A stretch of DNA of 64,000 nucleotides, from assembly GCF_000711225.1 (NCBI RefSeq), contig NZ_JOMG01000001.1, forward strand, positions 292,855-356,854. The letters are read 5' to 3'. Every line of letters starts with the position of its first letter. Positions within the stretch are counted from its first letter, which is position 1. A program made the translations under genes and the position numbers. Below the pieces are notes generated by a model, which saw nothing but the letters and a program-made list of their open reading frames with translations, was not told the origin of the DNA and made no database searches. The DNA is from Pelobacter seleniigenes DSM 18267. Its GTDB lineage: Bacteria > Desulfobacterota > Desulfuromonadia > Desulfuromonadales > Geopsychrobacteraceae. This document shows, in pieces, positions 10,143 to 20,144 of the stretch.

Positions 10143-10907
10143 TTACTCGGCGTAGATCATTTTCCGGGTCATGCCGCCGTCAACGATGAAGTTTTGTCCA
10201 CTGATAAATCCCGCAGCGGGCGAAATCAGGTAGCTGACCATGGCGGCAATGTCACGCGCCTCCCCTACCCGACCAACCGGATGCTGCCGGTGATCTTCGG
10301 CAGAGAGCTGCACCGTTTGCCGCCGACTCTGTTTCTTGAGTCCAGTCACCTCGATCCAGCCCGGGCTGACGCAGTTGACGCGAATCTCCGGGCCGAGGCT
10401 GACCGCCAAGGCATGGGTCAGAGCGACAATTCCCCCCTTGCTGGCCGAATAAGCCTCGGTATTGGCTTCCGACTGCAGCGCCCGGGTCGAGGCGATATTG
10501 ACAATGACGCCGTTATTCTGCCGCAGCAGGGGGATCGCATGTTTGCTGCACAGAAAGGTCCCGGTCAGGTTGGTGGACAGCATCCGGTTCCAGTCGGCCA
10601 GGGCGAGTTCAGTCAGCGGAACCCTGGCGGTCCCGGTCAGCCCGGCATTGTTGATCAGTGCATCGAGCCGGTCGAAGCGCTCCCCAACGGCAGCAAAGAC
10701 CGCTTGAATCGCCGCTTCATCGGCCACGTCAGCGCAAAAGACTACGCTCTTATCACCCAGCTCCTGCTCCAGCTCGGCCAGCGCCTCGCCATCGATATCC
10801 ACGGCCACCACCTGCCGCCCTTCTGCAGCCAGCTGGCGACAGATCCCTCTGCCGATCCCCTGCCCGCCACCGGTCACCAGGACCACCTGCTCAGCTCTAT
10901 TCTTCAT
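10143..10907 (-). CDS. SDR-family oxidoreductase
   Basis: TGGGQGIGRGI Rossmann motif, NNAG, catalytic YSASKGG. Confidence 0.85.
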   Translation of the reverse strand: MKNRAEQVVLVTGGGQGIGRGICRQLAAEGRQVVAVDIDGEALAELEQELGDKSVVFCADVADEAAIQAVFAAVGERFDRLDALINNAGLTGTARVPLTELALADWNRMLSTNLTGTFLCSKHAIPLLRQNNGVIVNIASTRALQSEANTEAYSASKGGIVALTHALAVSLGPEIRVNCVSPGWIEVTGLKKQSRRQTVQLSAEDHRQHPVGRVGEARDIAAMVSYLISPAAGFISGQNFIVDGGMTRKMIYAE

Positions 10908-11009
10908 CGCATCATTCCTTCAGGATGGGAAAATTCGTTATACTTAACGAATCAAGGCCCTGCGCGCAGCACAGCACGGGCATGACCGCCAACGACAAGG
11001 ATTCGACAT

Positions 11010-11414
11010 ATGGCTGATTCCTTTTTCCAAAACCGTCCCGCACACTCCGGCCACCCGGTTCTCTGGCGCATTGCCAAAGCAGCTCTGCTGCTGAGTTTGC
11101 TGCTCCCCTTGGGCTGCGCCAGTCACACGGCCAAAACCAACGCACTCCTGGAGCGCGAATATCAAACCATGACCGATCAGGACCTGACCCTCTACTATTA
11201 TCAGCTGCAGGATCAGATTGAAATCGTCGACAACAGCGCCGGCAGTCCGCGGGTCAGCCTGGGTTTCGGTTTTGGCAGTTACGGCCGCCACAGCGGCACC
11301 GGGGTCGGCCTCTCTTCGGACCTGCCCCAGCCGGCGCCAAGCCAGGATCTGCGCGAGCGCCGCAATCAGGTTCGCCTGGAAATGCAGCGCCGCGGGCTGA
11401 CTCTGCCTCAGTGA
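11010..11414 (+). CDS. small lipoprotein, unknown function
   Basis: Lipobox LLLPLGCAS. 134-aa ORF. No recognisable domain. Confidence 0.4.
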   Translation: MADSFFQNRPAHSGHPVLWRIAKAALLLSLLLPLGCASHTAKTNALLEREYQTMTDQDLTLYYYQLQDQIEIVDNSAGSPRVSLGFGFGSYGRHSGTGVGLSSDLPQPAPSQDLRERRNQVRLEMQRRGLTLPQ

Positions 11415-13126
11415 CAGATGCCGCAGCGTCGGCAACCGGGGCGGCAGGGGGGCGTTAGCAGCCCCTGCCGGGCACGCTGGTACTCCTGCCACAGATAGCT
11501 GCGACGAACGCCCTGGTCAATGATCTCCCAGGGGAACAGCTCTGCTTCGTCCCGTTCCCGGGTCACATAGAAACCACTGTCGAGGCCGGCCTGCTGACAG
11601 ACCGGTTTCAGTTTCTCTCCTTGCGCCAGGGTCGGCAACAGCGTTGCGATCCGGCGGTCGCCACGGGACAGGAAGGCCTGCAGGACAGCGGCACGGATTG
11701 ACTCATGATTGAGCCGGGCATTGGGAATACGGGCGATTCCGCTCTGCAGACGACGGAGCTTTTTCTTCAGCTCCTTTTCACCGGCCATCCCTGCCCACTG
11801 CAGCGGCGTAAAGGGTTTGGGGATAAACGGATTAACACTCAGAATCACGCTGCCCAGGCGCCCGCGAGCCCGTCCGGCTTCACGCCAGAGATCATTGATC
11901 CGCCTGGTCAGGGTGATGATCGCATCGATGTCCGCATCGCTTTCCGTCGGCAGGCCGATCAGAAAATACAGCTTCAGGTTGATGATCCCGCCGTTCGCCA
12001 AGAGCTCGACCGCATGGAGGATCTGCTCTTCATCGATCCCTTTGTTGATGAAATCCCGCAAGCGCTGACTCCCCGCTTCCGGGGCGATAGCCACGGTTTT
12101 GTGCCCCGATTGCCGCAGTTGTTCCACTTCCGTGGCGGTCAGGGCGTCAAGCCGCAAACTGGCCACGGAGACCTGCCCACCGCGCTCGAGAATCCCCTGC
12201 TGAAGCTGCGTGATAGCGGAATGATCGGCCACTGCCGCTGCCACCAGGCCGATCCGCCGGCGTTCGCACAAGCCCTGTTCGACCTGCTCAAGGAGGTTCT
12301 CCAGCCCGCGCTCCCGCGGCGGCTGATAAACATAGCCCGCGGCGCAGAACCGGCAGCCGCGGGAACAGCCGCGGGAAATCTCGGTCAGGGCCATATCCCC
12401 GAATTCAGTCGCCTCGGTCTGGATGAAATTACGACTCGGCGAAACGTCCAGATCGACCAGGTACTGACGCCTGACCCGAGCCGGGGCGGCAGCACTCCTG
12501 GTGACTTCGGCAACGGTCCCGTCCTCGGCATAGCGGGGCTGATACAGACCGGGGAGATAGATTCCGGGCAGCCGGGCCAGTTCGGCCAGTTGCTCCTGCC
12601 TGCCGAGAGCTGTGTTGCCCAGCACCGCCAGCAAGCCCGGCAACAACGGTTCAGCCTCCCCCACCGCCACGACATCGACGACCGGGGCCAGGGGCTCGGG
12701 ATTGATAAAGGCACACACTCCGCCGAGCAGCACCAGCGGGTCCTGCTCGGTCCGCTGCTCGGCCAACCAGGGAATCTCCCCGGCGGCAAAGATCGGCGGC
12801 AGGTTCAGGTAATCATTTTCAAAGGAGATGGACAGGGCCAACACATCGAAGGCCCGCAGCGGCTGACCCGACTCCAGGGAAAGCAGTTGCGTCGGAACGC
12901 CCTGCCCCGCTTGCCGGTCAGGCAGAAAAAAACGCTCACACAGACAGTCGTCACGCTGATTCAGCAGTTGATAAACGGTCTGGAAGCCGAGGTTGCTCAT
13001 CCCCGCGTGGTAGCTGTTGGGATAGATCAATGCCACCCGCAAGCGCTGCTCACGCCAGCTGTGGTTCATGACTCCGGTTTCCAGGGGGGATGAAGTTGTC
13101 GTTTTGTGATGTTTTTTGGTTGCCAT
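11408..13126 (-). CDS. B12-binding-domain radical SAM protein (large uncharacterised rSAM family)
   Basis: N-terminal B12-like domain (RVALIYPNSYHAGMSNLGFQ), CxxxCxxC radical SAM cluster motif (GCSRGCRFCAAG), Cys-rich C-terminus (CRPGCRRCGICH). Confidence 0.85.
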   Translation of the reverse strand: MATKKHHKTTTSSPLETGVMNHSWREQRLRVALIYPNSYHAGMSNLGFQTVYQLLNQRDDCLCERFFLPDRQAGQGVPTQLLSLESGQPLRAFDVLALSISFENDYLNLPPIFAAGEIPWLAEQRTEQDPLVLLGGVCAFINPEPLAPVVDVVAVGEAEPLLPGLLAVLGNTALGRQEQLAELARLPGIYLPGLYQPRYAEDGTVAEVTRSAAAPARVRRQYLVDLDVSPSRNFIQTEATEFGDMALTEISRGCSRGCRFCAAGYVYQPPRERGLENLLEQVEQGLCERRRIGLVAAAVADHSAITQLQQGILERGGQVSVASLRLDALTATEVEQLRQSGHKTVAIAPEAGSQRLRDFINKGIDEEQILHAVELLANGGIINLKLYFLIGLPTESDADIDAIITLTRRINDLWREAGRARGRLGSVILSVNPFIPKPFTPLQWAGMAGEKELKKKLRRLQSGIARIPNARLNHESIRAAVLQAFLSRGDRRIATLLPTLAQGEKLKPVCQQAGLDSGFYVTRERDEAELFPWEIIDQGVRRSYLWQEYQRARQGLLTPPCRPGCRRCGICH

Positions 13127-13231
13127 ATGGGCGCCATTTAAACACAGGCGCTAGGCTGCGGCAGCAAAAAAAAGCAGCAGTGGGTTGTCCGCCGAGGTGG
13201 CGGAGCCCGCTTTAAGATGGGAACAACGGCG

Positions 13232-13600
13232 TCAGCTCATCAGCAAAGGCCAGAGGATTGAAATCCAGATAGTGGCGCATAGGAGCAGGGCCAGCAAAAC
13301 AGCGGCCGAACCGATATCCTTGGCCCGCCCGGACAGTTCATGGCGCTCAGCGCCGATCCGATCAACCACGGCCTCGATGGCCGAATTCATCAATTCGGTG
13401 ATGAGCACCACAAACAGCGCGGCGATCATCAGCAACCGCTGAGTCGGCTCAACATCGAGCCACAGGGCCAGAGGAATCAGCACCAACGCCAGAAACAGCT
13501 CCTGGCGAAAGGCCGCTTCATTGACAAAAGCGGTCCGCAACCCTTTGGCAGAATAACCCGCGGCCAGAACGATCCGCTTGAATCCGGTATTCCCTTTCAC
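13232..13600 (-). CDS. dgkA: diacylglycerol kinase
   Basis: 122-aa 3-TM protein with DgkA signature (GYSAKGLRTAF...EAAFRQE...ELMNSAIEAVVDRIG). Confidence 0.85.
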   Translation of the reverse strand: MKGNTGFKRIVLAAGYSAKGLRTAFVNEAAFRQELFLALVLIPLALWLDVEPTQRLLMIAALFVVLITELMNSAIEAVVDRIGAERHELSGRAKDIGSAAVLLALLLCATIWISILWPLLMS

Positions 13601-13601
13601 T

Positions 13602-15521
13602 TTAGTTCACTTTGCTCCATGCGTTCAGATGTTGTTTAAAAACCGCCGCCGCCCCCTGATAGTAGCTGATATCGCTTCTAACCAAAGGATCGTCCTTGCT
13701 GACGGATTTTTCGTCGACCTGCCCCTGCGCCAGACCGGATTGTTCGCGAATGATTTTGCGCGGCTCCAGAATAGCCATCTTCCGGCCGTTAAACAGCCCC
13801 AGGTTCTGGTAGTTGGCAATAAAGGCCCGCCCGTCTTGCGGCGGCAGCCGCCGGATATCCTTACCGAAAAAGACCGACTCATAGCTCATGTTCAGGAGAC
13901 CGAGCAGAGTCGGCGGCAGATCGATCTGACTGGCCAGGGTATCGATTTTCCCGGGCTGAATCTGCTCTGGAGCATAGATCCACAGTGGGATATGGTAACG
14001 CTCAATGGGCAGCGCGCTTTTCCCGGCACTGCCAGCCTGATGGTCTGCGAGAATAACAAAAAGCGTCTCCTTAAACCAGGGCTTTGCCCGGGCCTGACGT
14101 AAAAATTCCCCGATCGCATAGTCGGTATATTTGACCGCCCCCTTGCGACCGCTCCCGGAGGGGATATCGATTTTTCCGTCTGGATAGGTATAGGGCCGAT
14201 GGTTCGAGGTTGTCATCAGATGCATGAAGAACGGTTGTTTTCGCAGAGCGGCCCGGTCAGCGACCTGCAGGGCCTGGTTATAGAGGTCGCCGTCGGACAT
14301 CCCCCAGGCGTTGGCGAATTCGACCTGGCCACTCGGGACGCTCGACTGATCAACGATCTGGTAACCGTTACCACCGAAAAACGCATTCATGTTCTCAAAA
14401 TAGCTGCGCCCGCCATAGACGAAATAGGATTGATACCCCTTTTGGTCAAGGACATTGCCGAGGGACCATTGATTGGTTTCCCGGCCGATCCGTTTGACGA
14501 TAGAACGACCGGGGGTCGGCGGGATCGACAGGGTGACGGCCTCCAGGCCACGGGTGGTGCGGGTTCCGGTCGCGTAAAAGTTGGTAAAAAACAGACTCTT
14601 GTCGATCAGCCCGTCCAGCACCGGCGTCAAGCCATCCTGATTGCCGAAATAGCCGAGGAAATCGGAACTCAGGCTTTCGACCATGATCAGAACAATATTC
14701 AAATGCTTTTCCGGTCCGGGGTTGTTCACCTCCCGCTTGATATCAAACAGGTCATCACCGATATAGGCACTGTTCGGTTCAGCAACATTCAGGCGCAGCA
14801 GCTCTGACGCTTGCCGGGGTGGCAAGGTGGTATAAAATTGCTGATAATCCAGTTCATTATTCCGAAATGCGGCCACAAACTGATAGGGACCGTTGCTGGC
14901 CAATTCGTTCTGATAGACATTTTTGGAGATCTGCCGTAACGGCTGTCCCAACAGCACATAGCTGAGAACCGGCAGGCAGAGCAGGACACCAGCAACCAGA
15001 CTGCGTCGGGGAAAAGATTCCTGGGCCAGCAAAGCCCGTTTGAGCGGCCGCCGCAACAGGTAAAAAATCAGCATGGCAACCACGAACATGCCCGCGAACA
15101 ACGGCACAACCGGGTAGGATTCCATGATATTGTCCGTCACTTCGCGACGGTAAATCAGGTAATCGATGGAGATGAAGTTAAAACGAACACTGAATTCATC
15201 CCAAAACAGGTATTCTGCGACAGCGATAAAACAGCCAACATAGAGGGTTATGAAGAGAGACAACCTGACCCAGCCACGATTAAGCTTATGCGTCCACAGC
15301 TTCTGCGGACACAGCCAGAGGTAAAGGGTCGGCACAATCAGGGCATAGCTGAAAAAACCGCTGTCGAAGATCAGTCCGGTGGTGAAAATTTCCAACAAGC
15401 TGCCGGCGGAAACCTGAGCATCGGACCAACTGATCAGAAGTAAACCGAGCCGGGTGAGGGTGAAAAATCCCAGGGCCGTCAGGTAGGCCCAGAAAATCAG
15501 TTGAAATCGAGAGGTGCGCAT
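13602..15521 (-). CDS. LTA-synthase/sulfatase-family membrane transferase (OpgB/EptA-like phosphoglycerol or phosphoethanolamine transferase)
   Basis: N-terminal 5-TM domain plus periplasmic alkaline-phosphatase-superfamily domain (MVESLSSDF, TTSNHRPYTYP, ILADHQAG). Stop overlaps the dgkA start. Start placed at M71 (MRTSRFQ). Confidence 0.8.
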   Translation of the reverse strand: MRTSRFQLIFWAYLTALGFFTLTRLGLLLISWSDAQVSAGSLLEIFTTGLIFDSGFFSYALIVPTLYLWLCPQKLWTHKLNRGWVRLSLFITLYVGCFIAVAEYLFWDEFSVRFNFISIDYLIYRREVTDNIMESYPVVPLFAGMFVVAMLIFYLLRRPLKRALLAQESFPRRSLVAGVLLCLPVLSYVLLGQPLRQISKNVYQNELASNGPYQFVAAFRNNELDYQQFYTTLPPRQASELLRLNVAEPNSAYIGDDLFDIKREVNNPGPEKHLNIVLIMVESLSSDFLGYFGNQDGLTPVLDGLIDKSLFFTNFYATGTRTTRGLEAVTLSIPPTPGRSIVKRIGRETNQWSLGNVLDQKGYQSYFVYGGRSYFENMNAFFGGNGYQIVDQSSVPSGQVEFANAWGMSDGDLYNQALQVADRAALRKQPFFMHLMTTSNHRPYTYPDGKIDIPSGSGRKGAVKYTDYAIGEFLRQARAKPWFKETLFVILADHQAGSAGKSALPIERYHIPLWIYAPEQIQPGKIDTLASQIDLPPTLLGLLNMSYESVFFGKDIRRLPPQDGRAFIANYQNLGLFNGRKMAILEPRKIIREQSGLAQGQVDEKSVSKDDPLVRSDISYYQGAAAVFKQHLNAWSKVN

Positions 15522-15832
15522 AATAATCCATTGTAAATTAAAGGGAAAGAACCACTTTCTATTCAATCCGATATTATGCATACTCAACCTTAAGCCCAGC
15601 TTAAGGCGCACCTTGCGCTGTATTTTCACTCTCCACCGCGCCATACCTGGGCAGAAGCCGTGGCGGTCTCCGGAGCGCGGCCCCTGCTTGCGGGACAGGC
15701 CTGTGGCTGAGGCGGGAAAGGTTCTCGACAAAAGCGCCGAAACTCCGGATGATGGCGACGCTGCAATAGACTATCTCCATGGATATTAGTGTCCTTAACG
15801 TTAACAAGGTTCCTCGCCCAAGGTTGTGACAG

Positions 15833-16495
15833 ATGAACATCCTGTTGGTTGAAGATGATGAAATGATCGGCGTAGCCGTAAAAAAAGGCCTCAGCCAGGA
15901 GGGGTTTGTGGTCGATTGGGTCAGGAATGCCGATGAAGCCGGCCTGGCTCTGGAAAGCAAGCGCTATGAAGTCCTGCTCCTTGACCTGGGCCTGCCCGAT
16001 CGATCCGGGTTGGAGGTGCTGAATGAATTACGGAAAAGAGGCGATACGATTGCCGCCATCATCCTGACTGCCCGCGACGCGGTAGCGGATCGGATTACCG
16101 GCCTGGACAGCGGCGCCGATGATTATCTGGTCAAGCCTTTTGATCTGGATGAGCTGAGTGCCCGCATCCGGGCGGTGCAAAGACGGAAACTGGGGCGGGC
16201 CGAACCGCTGCTGGAGTCAGGTCAGCTGAGCCTGAACCCAGCCTCCAGAGAATGTTTCTGGCAGGGCCGTGCGGTGATTCTGTCCGCCCGCGAGTTCTCT
16301 CTGCTTGAAGCCCTGATCGAGCGGCCCGGTGCGGTGCTTTCCCGTGCGCAGCTGGAAGAACGGCTGTACGGCTGGGGGGAGGAGATTGAAAGCAACACCA
16401 TTGAAGTCCACATCCATCATCTGCGGAAAAAGCTGGCTGCCGAAGCGATCAAAACCGTCCGTGGGGTCGGCTACATGCTGGGAAATCTGGAATGA
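15833..16495 (+). CDS. OmpR-family response regulator (PmrA/QseB/BasR-like)
   Basis: REC (MNILLVEDDEMIG...LLLDLGLPDRSG) plus winged-helix trans-reg_C domain. Confidence 0.9.
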   Translation: MNILLVEDDEMIGVAVKKGLSQEGFVVDWVRNADEAGLALESKRYEVLLLDLGLPDRSGLEVLNELRKRGDTIAAIILTARDAVADRITGLDSGADDYLVKPFDLDELSARIRAVQRRKLGRAEPLLESGQLSLNPASRECFWQGRAVILSAREFSLLEALIERPGAVLSRAQLEERLYGWGEEIESNTIEVHIHHLRKKLAAEAIKTVRGVGYMLGNLE

Positions 16496-17841
16496 ATTCA
16501 ATCCGCAAACGCCTCTTACGCCTGCTTCTGATCGGCCAACTGCTGGCCGTGCTCTTAACCGGGACGATCATCTTCTTCTATGTCCGCGGTGAACTGGAAG
16601 CCATCTTTGATGACCGTCTCTATCAGCTGGCCCACAGCGTTCATATGGACAGCGATTCCATCTCCCAGGCTCCCCTGCCCCTGATCAAGGCCCAGGAGAA
16701 CGATGACGATTTCGTCATTCAGGTCTGGCGGGATGACGGCACTCTGCTGTTGCTGCTCAATAGTGAAGAAGGGACTCCGGCGCGGGCAGCGGAAGGCTTT
16801 AGCAATCATATCGACAAGGGCGTCAGCTGGCGCAGTTTCGTGCTGCGCCGCGGGGACCGGCTGATTCAGGCCAGCCAACCCTTATCCGACCGGCTCGAAG
16901 TCAGCAGCAGCGTGGCCTGGGGAGCCACGGTCCCGGTCATCATCCTGGTGATTGTACTCGGTCTGCTGGTCAGGGTCAGTATCAATTACGGCCTTGGTCC
17001 CCTGAAAAAACTGACCGAGTCCCTGGAGAAAAGACGCCCTTATGCCATGGAGCCCTTGCCCACCGAAGGTTTGCCCGATGAAGTGCTCTCATTGGTCCAG
17101 GTCCTGAACAGTCTGTTGCAACGGCTGGATGTCGCCTTGCAAAGCCAGCGCAAATTCGTCGCGGATGCCGCCCATGAACTGCGCACCCCGTTAGCCGCGG
17201 TGCAACTGCAAGCCCAGCTGCTACAGAAGATCGACGACCCGGACGAACGACGGCAGGCCTTGGACCAGATGCGCGCCGGAACAGTTCGCGCCAGTCACCT
17301 GGCCCAGCAGTTACTGACCCTGGCCCGGCTGGAGCCGGAAGATTGGCAGCGCCCCTTAACCGCCGTGGATCTCGGCGAGTTGATCAAAACGGTGGTTGCC
17401 GAATTTGCCCCGGCAGCGTTAAAACGGCAGATCGATCTGGGAATAGCGGAAAATGAACCGGCAACAATCATGGGTGATCAGGAAAGCCTGCGGATCATGC
17501 TCGGCAACCTGGTCGATAACGCCCTGCGCTACACACCGCAGAAGGGACGGATTGACCTCGCTCTGCAACGAGCAGGCCGCCTGGCCCGCCTGGAAGTCCT
17601 TGATAACGGGCCGGGAATCCCCGCGGCAGAACGGCAGCAGGTCTTTTCCCGCTTCTATCGCTGCCCGGGAACCACCGCCTTGGGCAGCGGATTGGGATTG
17701 GCGATTGTCCGGGAAGTGGTCACCCACCATAATGGTGAGATCAGGCTCGCCGCAAGAGTTGGCGGTCCGGGATTGCGCGTCACGATCAACCTGCCCCTGG
17801 CAGAGGACAACCCTGCACGGCAAAAAAAGAGCGCGGCTTGA
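16492..17841 (+). CDS. sensor histidine kinase (PmrB/QseC/BasS-like)
   Basis: Two TMs flanking a periplasmic loop, HAMP, H-box (AADAAHELRTPLAAV), HATPase (LDNGPGIP, GSGLGLAIV). Overlaps the regulator stop by 4 nt. Confidence 0.85.
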   Translation: MNSIRKRLLRLLLIGQLLAVLLTGTIIFFYVRGELEAIFDDRLYQLAHSVHMDSDSISQAPLPLIKAQENDDDFVIQVWRDDGTLLLLLNSEEGTPARAAEGFSNHIDKGVSWRSFVLRRGDRLIQASQPLSDRLEVSSSVAWGATVPVIILVIVLGLLVRVSINYGLGPLKKLTESLEKRRPYAMEPLPTEGLPDEVLSLVQVLNSLLQRLDVALQSQRKFVADAAHELRTPLAAVQLQAQLLQKIDDPDERRQALDQMRAGTVRASHLAQQLLTLARLEPEDWQRPLTAVDLGELIKTVVAEFAPAALKRQIDLGIAENEPATIMGDQESLRIMLGNLVDNALRYTPQKGRIDLALQRAGRLARLEVLDNGPGIPAAERQQVFSRFYRCPGTTALGSGLGLAIVREVVTHHNGEIRLAARVGGPGLRVTINLPLAEDNPARQKKSAA

Positions 17842-17880
17842 ACAGCTTTTCCGGGATGATTCCCTGCCCCGCCCGATCGC

Positions 17881-18579
17881 TCAATCTTGATCATCCTCAA
17901 AAAAATCCGCTTTACTTTTCACGATTCCTGGGAGGTCCTTCAGGATACCGCGCAGATGAATCCTCATCGCCTGCTCCGCGGCAGCAGCGTTTCCTACGGC
18001 GATGCCTTCAACAATGGCGCGGTGTTGCTCTACGACATGGGTTCTGGAAAAACAGCGGACACTGATATGGCGGACCCGGTCCATCTGCATTTTGATATTT
18101 TCCACCACCTCCCATGCGTAGGACTTACCAGCGGCATCTGCAAGGGTATGGTGGAACAGTTCATCCAGGGCCATAAAAGCATCAGGATCGCTCTCGGCAA
18201 CCCGCCCCTGCTCGACAATCTGCCATTGCAGCTCGGCCACCAACGCCGTATTGTCCTGGTTCTCAAGCACGGCCCTGACAATATCGGCCTCGATCGCCTC
18301 ACGCACAAAGCGCGCGTCCATAACCGCGGAAATAACTATCCGGCGAACAAAGGTTCCGCGCTGGGGACGAACCTCCAGCAGCCCCATTTCCACCAGGCGG
18401 ATAAAAACCTCACGTACCGGTTGCCTGCTGACGAGATATTCGAGGGCAATCGCAGATTCGGAAATCTTCGTCCCGGGTTCCAGATCGCCACGGATAATAC
18501 GATCACGCAACAGGCGATAAATCTGCGGCCTGACCGCAGCGGAATGATCCAGCCGGTATTCGCTTCGATTGTCTGTCAC
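17881..18579 (-). CDS. GntR/FadR-family transcriptional regulator (FCD domain)
   Basis: N-terminal wHTH (ISESAIALEYLVSRQPVREVFIRLVEMGLLEVRPQRGTFV) plus FCD-like C-terminal helical domain. Confidence 0.8.
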   Translation of the reverse strand: MTDNRSEYRLDHSAAVRPQIYRLLRDRIIRGDLEPGTKISESAIALEYLVSRQPVREVFIRLVEMGLLEVRPQRGTFVRRIVISAVMDARFVREAIEADIVRAVLENQDNTALVAELQWQIVEQGRVAESDPDAFMALDELFHHTLADAAGKSYAWEVVENIKMQMDRVRHISVRCFSRTHVVEQHRAIVEGIAVGNAAAAEQAMRIHLRGILKDLPGIVKSKADFFEDDQD

Positions 18580-19005
18580 CTATCTCATCTCCATCCAGGT
18601 AAAGGGTTTTCCTATACCATACGTCCATACTTATCAACCAGCCCTCTTTCTTCCTGGCTCTCTCCGCAACTCCGCCGTTGAGCAAGAGAACTTCCGACTG
18701 CATCCTGCTTGGGCTTGCTTTTTGCTAGTTCTGCAGGCTGTGCTGCAAAACGACACAACCAACGACCCCAGCCGGGCGAGGTAAGCTGCGTAAGAATGCC
18801 GATTCAGTCGCCGGCGAGCTCTTTTCTCGTTTTGCAACAGACTAAGATGATAGTGGAAATTCTCATTTCCATGAAATAAGCTGGGGCGCCGATAACGTCC
18901 CGGCCTGTACAGAAACAACGAGCGCGGCCGCTGTCTCAAAATGAGATTAAGGGCCTGCTCATGGCATCTTTTTTCAAATCACCTATTCAAAGCAAGGAGC
19001 AACCA

Positions 19006-20055
19006 ATGGCGGTCAAACTGTTAAAATCCAGCGCGGAAGAAGCGGTCTTTACCATCGAAATTGATGCCGTGACGATTGAAAATGCGATCATGGAAGAATT
19101 CACCAAAGCGACCAAAGGGCAGCAGCAAAGTCCACATATCCCTTTGAGCAACCGGGCCATGTTGGCCAAACACCCGGAGTTGGACAAAATCGCCGGCCAA
19201 GCGCTGAATAATATCCTGCCACGCTATTATATGCAGGCCATTAAGGAACTGGGGCTGACCCCGATGACCTTCCCCCAAATCAAGCCGCGGGAAACCAAAC
19301 TGGGCGAACCCTGCCTTGTCGAAATCCGCGTCGCCCTGGAACCGAAAATCCCGCTGCAGCAGTATGAAGGATTGCAGGCAACCTACGCGCCGGTGATCGT
19401 CACCGAGGACGATGTCACCCAGCAGCTCGCTGGAATCCGCCAACAGCGCGGTGCCGGAGACGATGACGCCAAACTTCTGGCCACCCTGCCCTTTGACTCC
19501 ATCGAAGCATTCAGCGCCGAAGTGCGCAGTTCGCTGCAAACCATGGCCACGGAAAAAACCGCCGCCAACAAACGGGAAGCCGTCCTTAACAAGCTGGTCG
19601 AAGTCAACCCCTGCAGCGTCAGGGAAGAAGTCATCGAACAGCAGACCATGATGATGATCAATCAGTTCCGTCAGCAGGTGGGGGCCAACAATTTCGAGGG
19701 TTACCTCAAATCTTCGGGCCGCACCATCGACGATGCAAAAAAGGAGATCCGCCCGGAAGCCGAGGCTGCGGTCAGAAAAAACCTGCTGCTGTCGGCTGTT
19801 GCTGACAAAATAGCACCTGAGATCAGTGAAGAAGATATCAAGGCGGTCATCTCAAAGCAGGAAAACTCCATCATGGAGGTTGGAATGAGCTACGCCGACC
19901 GGCGCAAACGGATCGAGGAGACCCCCGGCGCCCTCGAACAGCTGACCCATGCCATTCGGCTTGAGAAAGCAGTCGACTTCATCGTTCGGAAAGCGGTCCT
20001 GACAGAAACTGAGCCGATGCGAATTCTGGATCAGCTGCCGGAGCATATGAAATAA
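19006..20055 (+). CDS. trigger-factor paralog lacking the PPIase (FKBP) domain
   Basis: N-terminal and C-terminal regions are collinear with Tig: ribosome-binding-domain-like start, EYKLGE-like TKLGEP motif, and a C-terminal arm (ATLPFDSIEAFSAEVRSSLQ...NKREAVLNKLVEVNP) matching Tig C-domain. The ~100-aa FKBP segment is absent. AAGGAG RBS 6 nt before ATG 19006. Confidence 0.6.
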   Translation: MAVKLLKSSAEEAVFTIEIDAVTIENAIMEEFTKATKGQQQSPHIPLSNRAMLAKHPELDKIAGQALNNILPRYYMQAIKELGLTPMTFPQIKPRETKLGEPCLVEIRVALEPKIPLQQYEGLQATYAPVIVTEDDVTQQLAGIRQQRGAGDDDAKLLATLPFDSIEAFSAEVRSSLQTMATEKTAANKREAVLNKLVEVNPCSVREEVIEQQTMMMINQFRQQVGANNFEGYLKSSGRTIDDAKKEIRPEAEAAVRKNLLLSAVADKIAPEISEEDIKAVISKQENSIMEVGMSYADRRKRIEETPGALEQLTHAIRLEKAVDFIVRKAVLTETEPMRILDQLPEHMK

Positions 20056-20144
20056 ACCCGAGCCCAGCCGAGCAACCTGCCATGGACCTGAAACCCTGGA
20101 GCATGGCGGGTTGTCAATATCCGCAACCGGACTGTTCCTATCTG

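Noticed and set aside
10086-10985. 299-aa ORF on + strand
   Set aside because: Antisense shadow of the well-supported SDR gene (10143-10907, minus strand). High-GC genomes generate long stop-free antisense frames. No motifs.
11705-13093. 462-aa ORF on + strand
   Set aside because: Antisense to the radical SAM gene. Pro/Gly/Arg-rich composition typical of GC-rich antisense frames.
17887-18681. 264-aa ORF on + strand
   Set aside because: Antisense to the GntR regulator (17881-18579).
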